Source: Conexivisphaerales archaeon (GTDB lineage Archaea; Thermoproteota; Nitrososphaeria; Conexivisphaerales; DTJL01). From it: 23,473 bases of DNA. Made by a program: the position numbers and the translations under genes. The stretch is taken from positions 1 to 23,473 of the forward strand of contig JBEKZX010000022.1 in assembly GCA_049509455.1 (NCBI GenBank), read 5' to 3'. Positions 23,178-23,473 of this stretch are shown here, piece by piece. Position 1 is the stretch's first letter. Each line of letters starts with the position of its first letter. A model generated the notes under the pieces. That model did no database searches, was not told the origin of the DNA, and worked only from the letters and a program-made list of their open reading frames with translations.

Positions 23178-23473
23178 ATGTGTTGCAAGGAATTGACCGT
23201 CCAAGCAGAGAAGCCAGCCTTCAAGGTGAGTCCAGTCTGGACCTTGCTTGCGATCGGCCTAGCGATTCTGGGCGTGACGGCCGCTATCGCATGGGCGGTC
23301 TTGCCCTATGTCTCCGCAGCGGAGATGGTTCTGATCGTCGGCGCCACGGCTCTCGCCGTCCTGGTCGGCGCCGCGCTCGTCTACAGAAGGTACCTCTTCT
23401 ATGACGACCACCTGACCCAACGAAGGCTCTACGGTGGGAGGAGGGACCTGCCCTATGGCGGCCTGGTCCTCTC
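23178..23473 (+). CDS. Membrane protein, partial (runs off the window)
   Basis: Frame not in the ORF track: MCCKELTVQAEKPAFKVSPVWTLLAIGLAILGVTAAIAWAVLPYVSAAEMVLIVGATALAVLVGAALVYRRYLFYDDHL..., with two TM helices. GAGGAG SD at 23164-23169. Confidence 0.6.
   Translation, partial: MCCKELTVQAEKPAFKVSPVWTLLAIGLAILGVTAAIAWAVLPYVSAAEMVLIVGATALAVLVGAALVYRRYLFYDDHLTQRRLYGGRRDLPYGGLVL

Noticed and set aside
23162-23404. 80-aa ORF from the track
   Set aside because: An overlapping frame starting at 23178 encodes a far more plausible membrane protein that runs off the window.

Overview
GC-rich archaeal chromosomal window, most likely Nitrososphaerota (Thaumarchaeota). This is inferred from the TFE sequence and the gene set; I ran no phylogeny. 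From left to right: (1) a decayed accessory stretch with small ORFs, an ABC-transporter deletion scar and one copy of a dispersed repeat; (2) a permease, three zinc-ribbon proteins, a SAM methyltransferase and a GH3-family adenylating enzyme; (3) the conserved tfe-trm56-hflX-mbf1-PUA-nac cluster; (4) a class II ribonucleotide reductase (nrdJ) convergent on a wHTH + ATP-cone + class III RNR-like fusion that ends just before the glycyl-radical loop; (5) tRNA-Pro(CGG), an adenylate-kinase-like/nucleoside-deoxyribosyltransferase-like fusion and a NUDIX protein; (6) two peptidase-family genes with altered catalytic motifs; (7) a CoxMSL-type molybdo-hydroxylase set with an inverted coxG. Best candidate for an undescribed system: the RNR-derived fusion acting as a nucleotide-sensing transcription regulator (an archaeal NrdR analogue). 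A TGTCAA-N6-TT motif occurs twice upstream of nrdJ and once over the fusion gene's own start.
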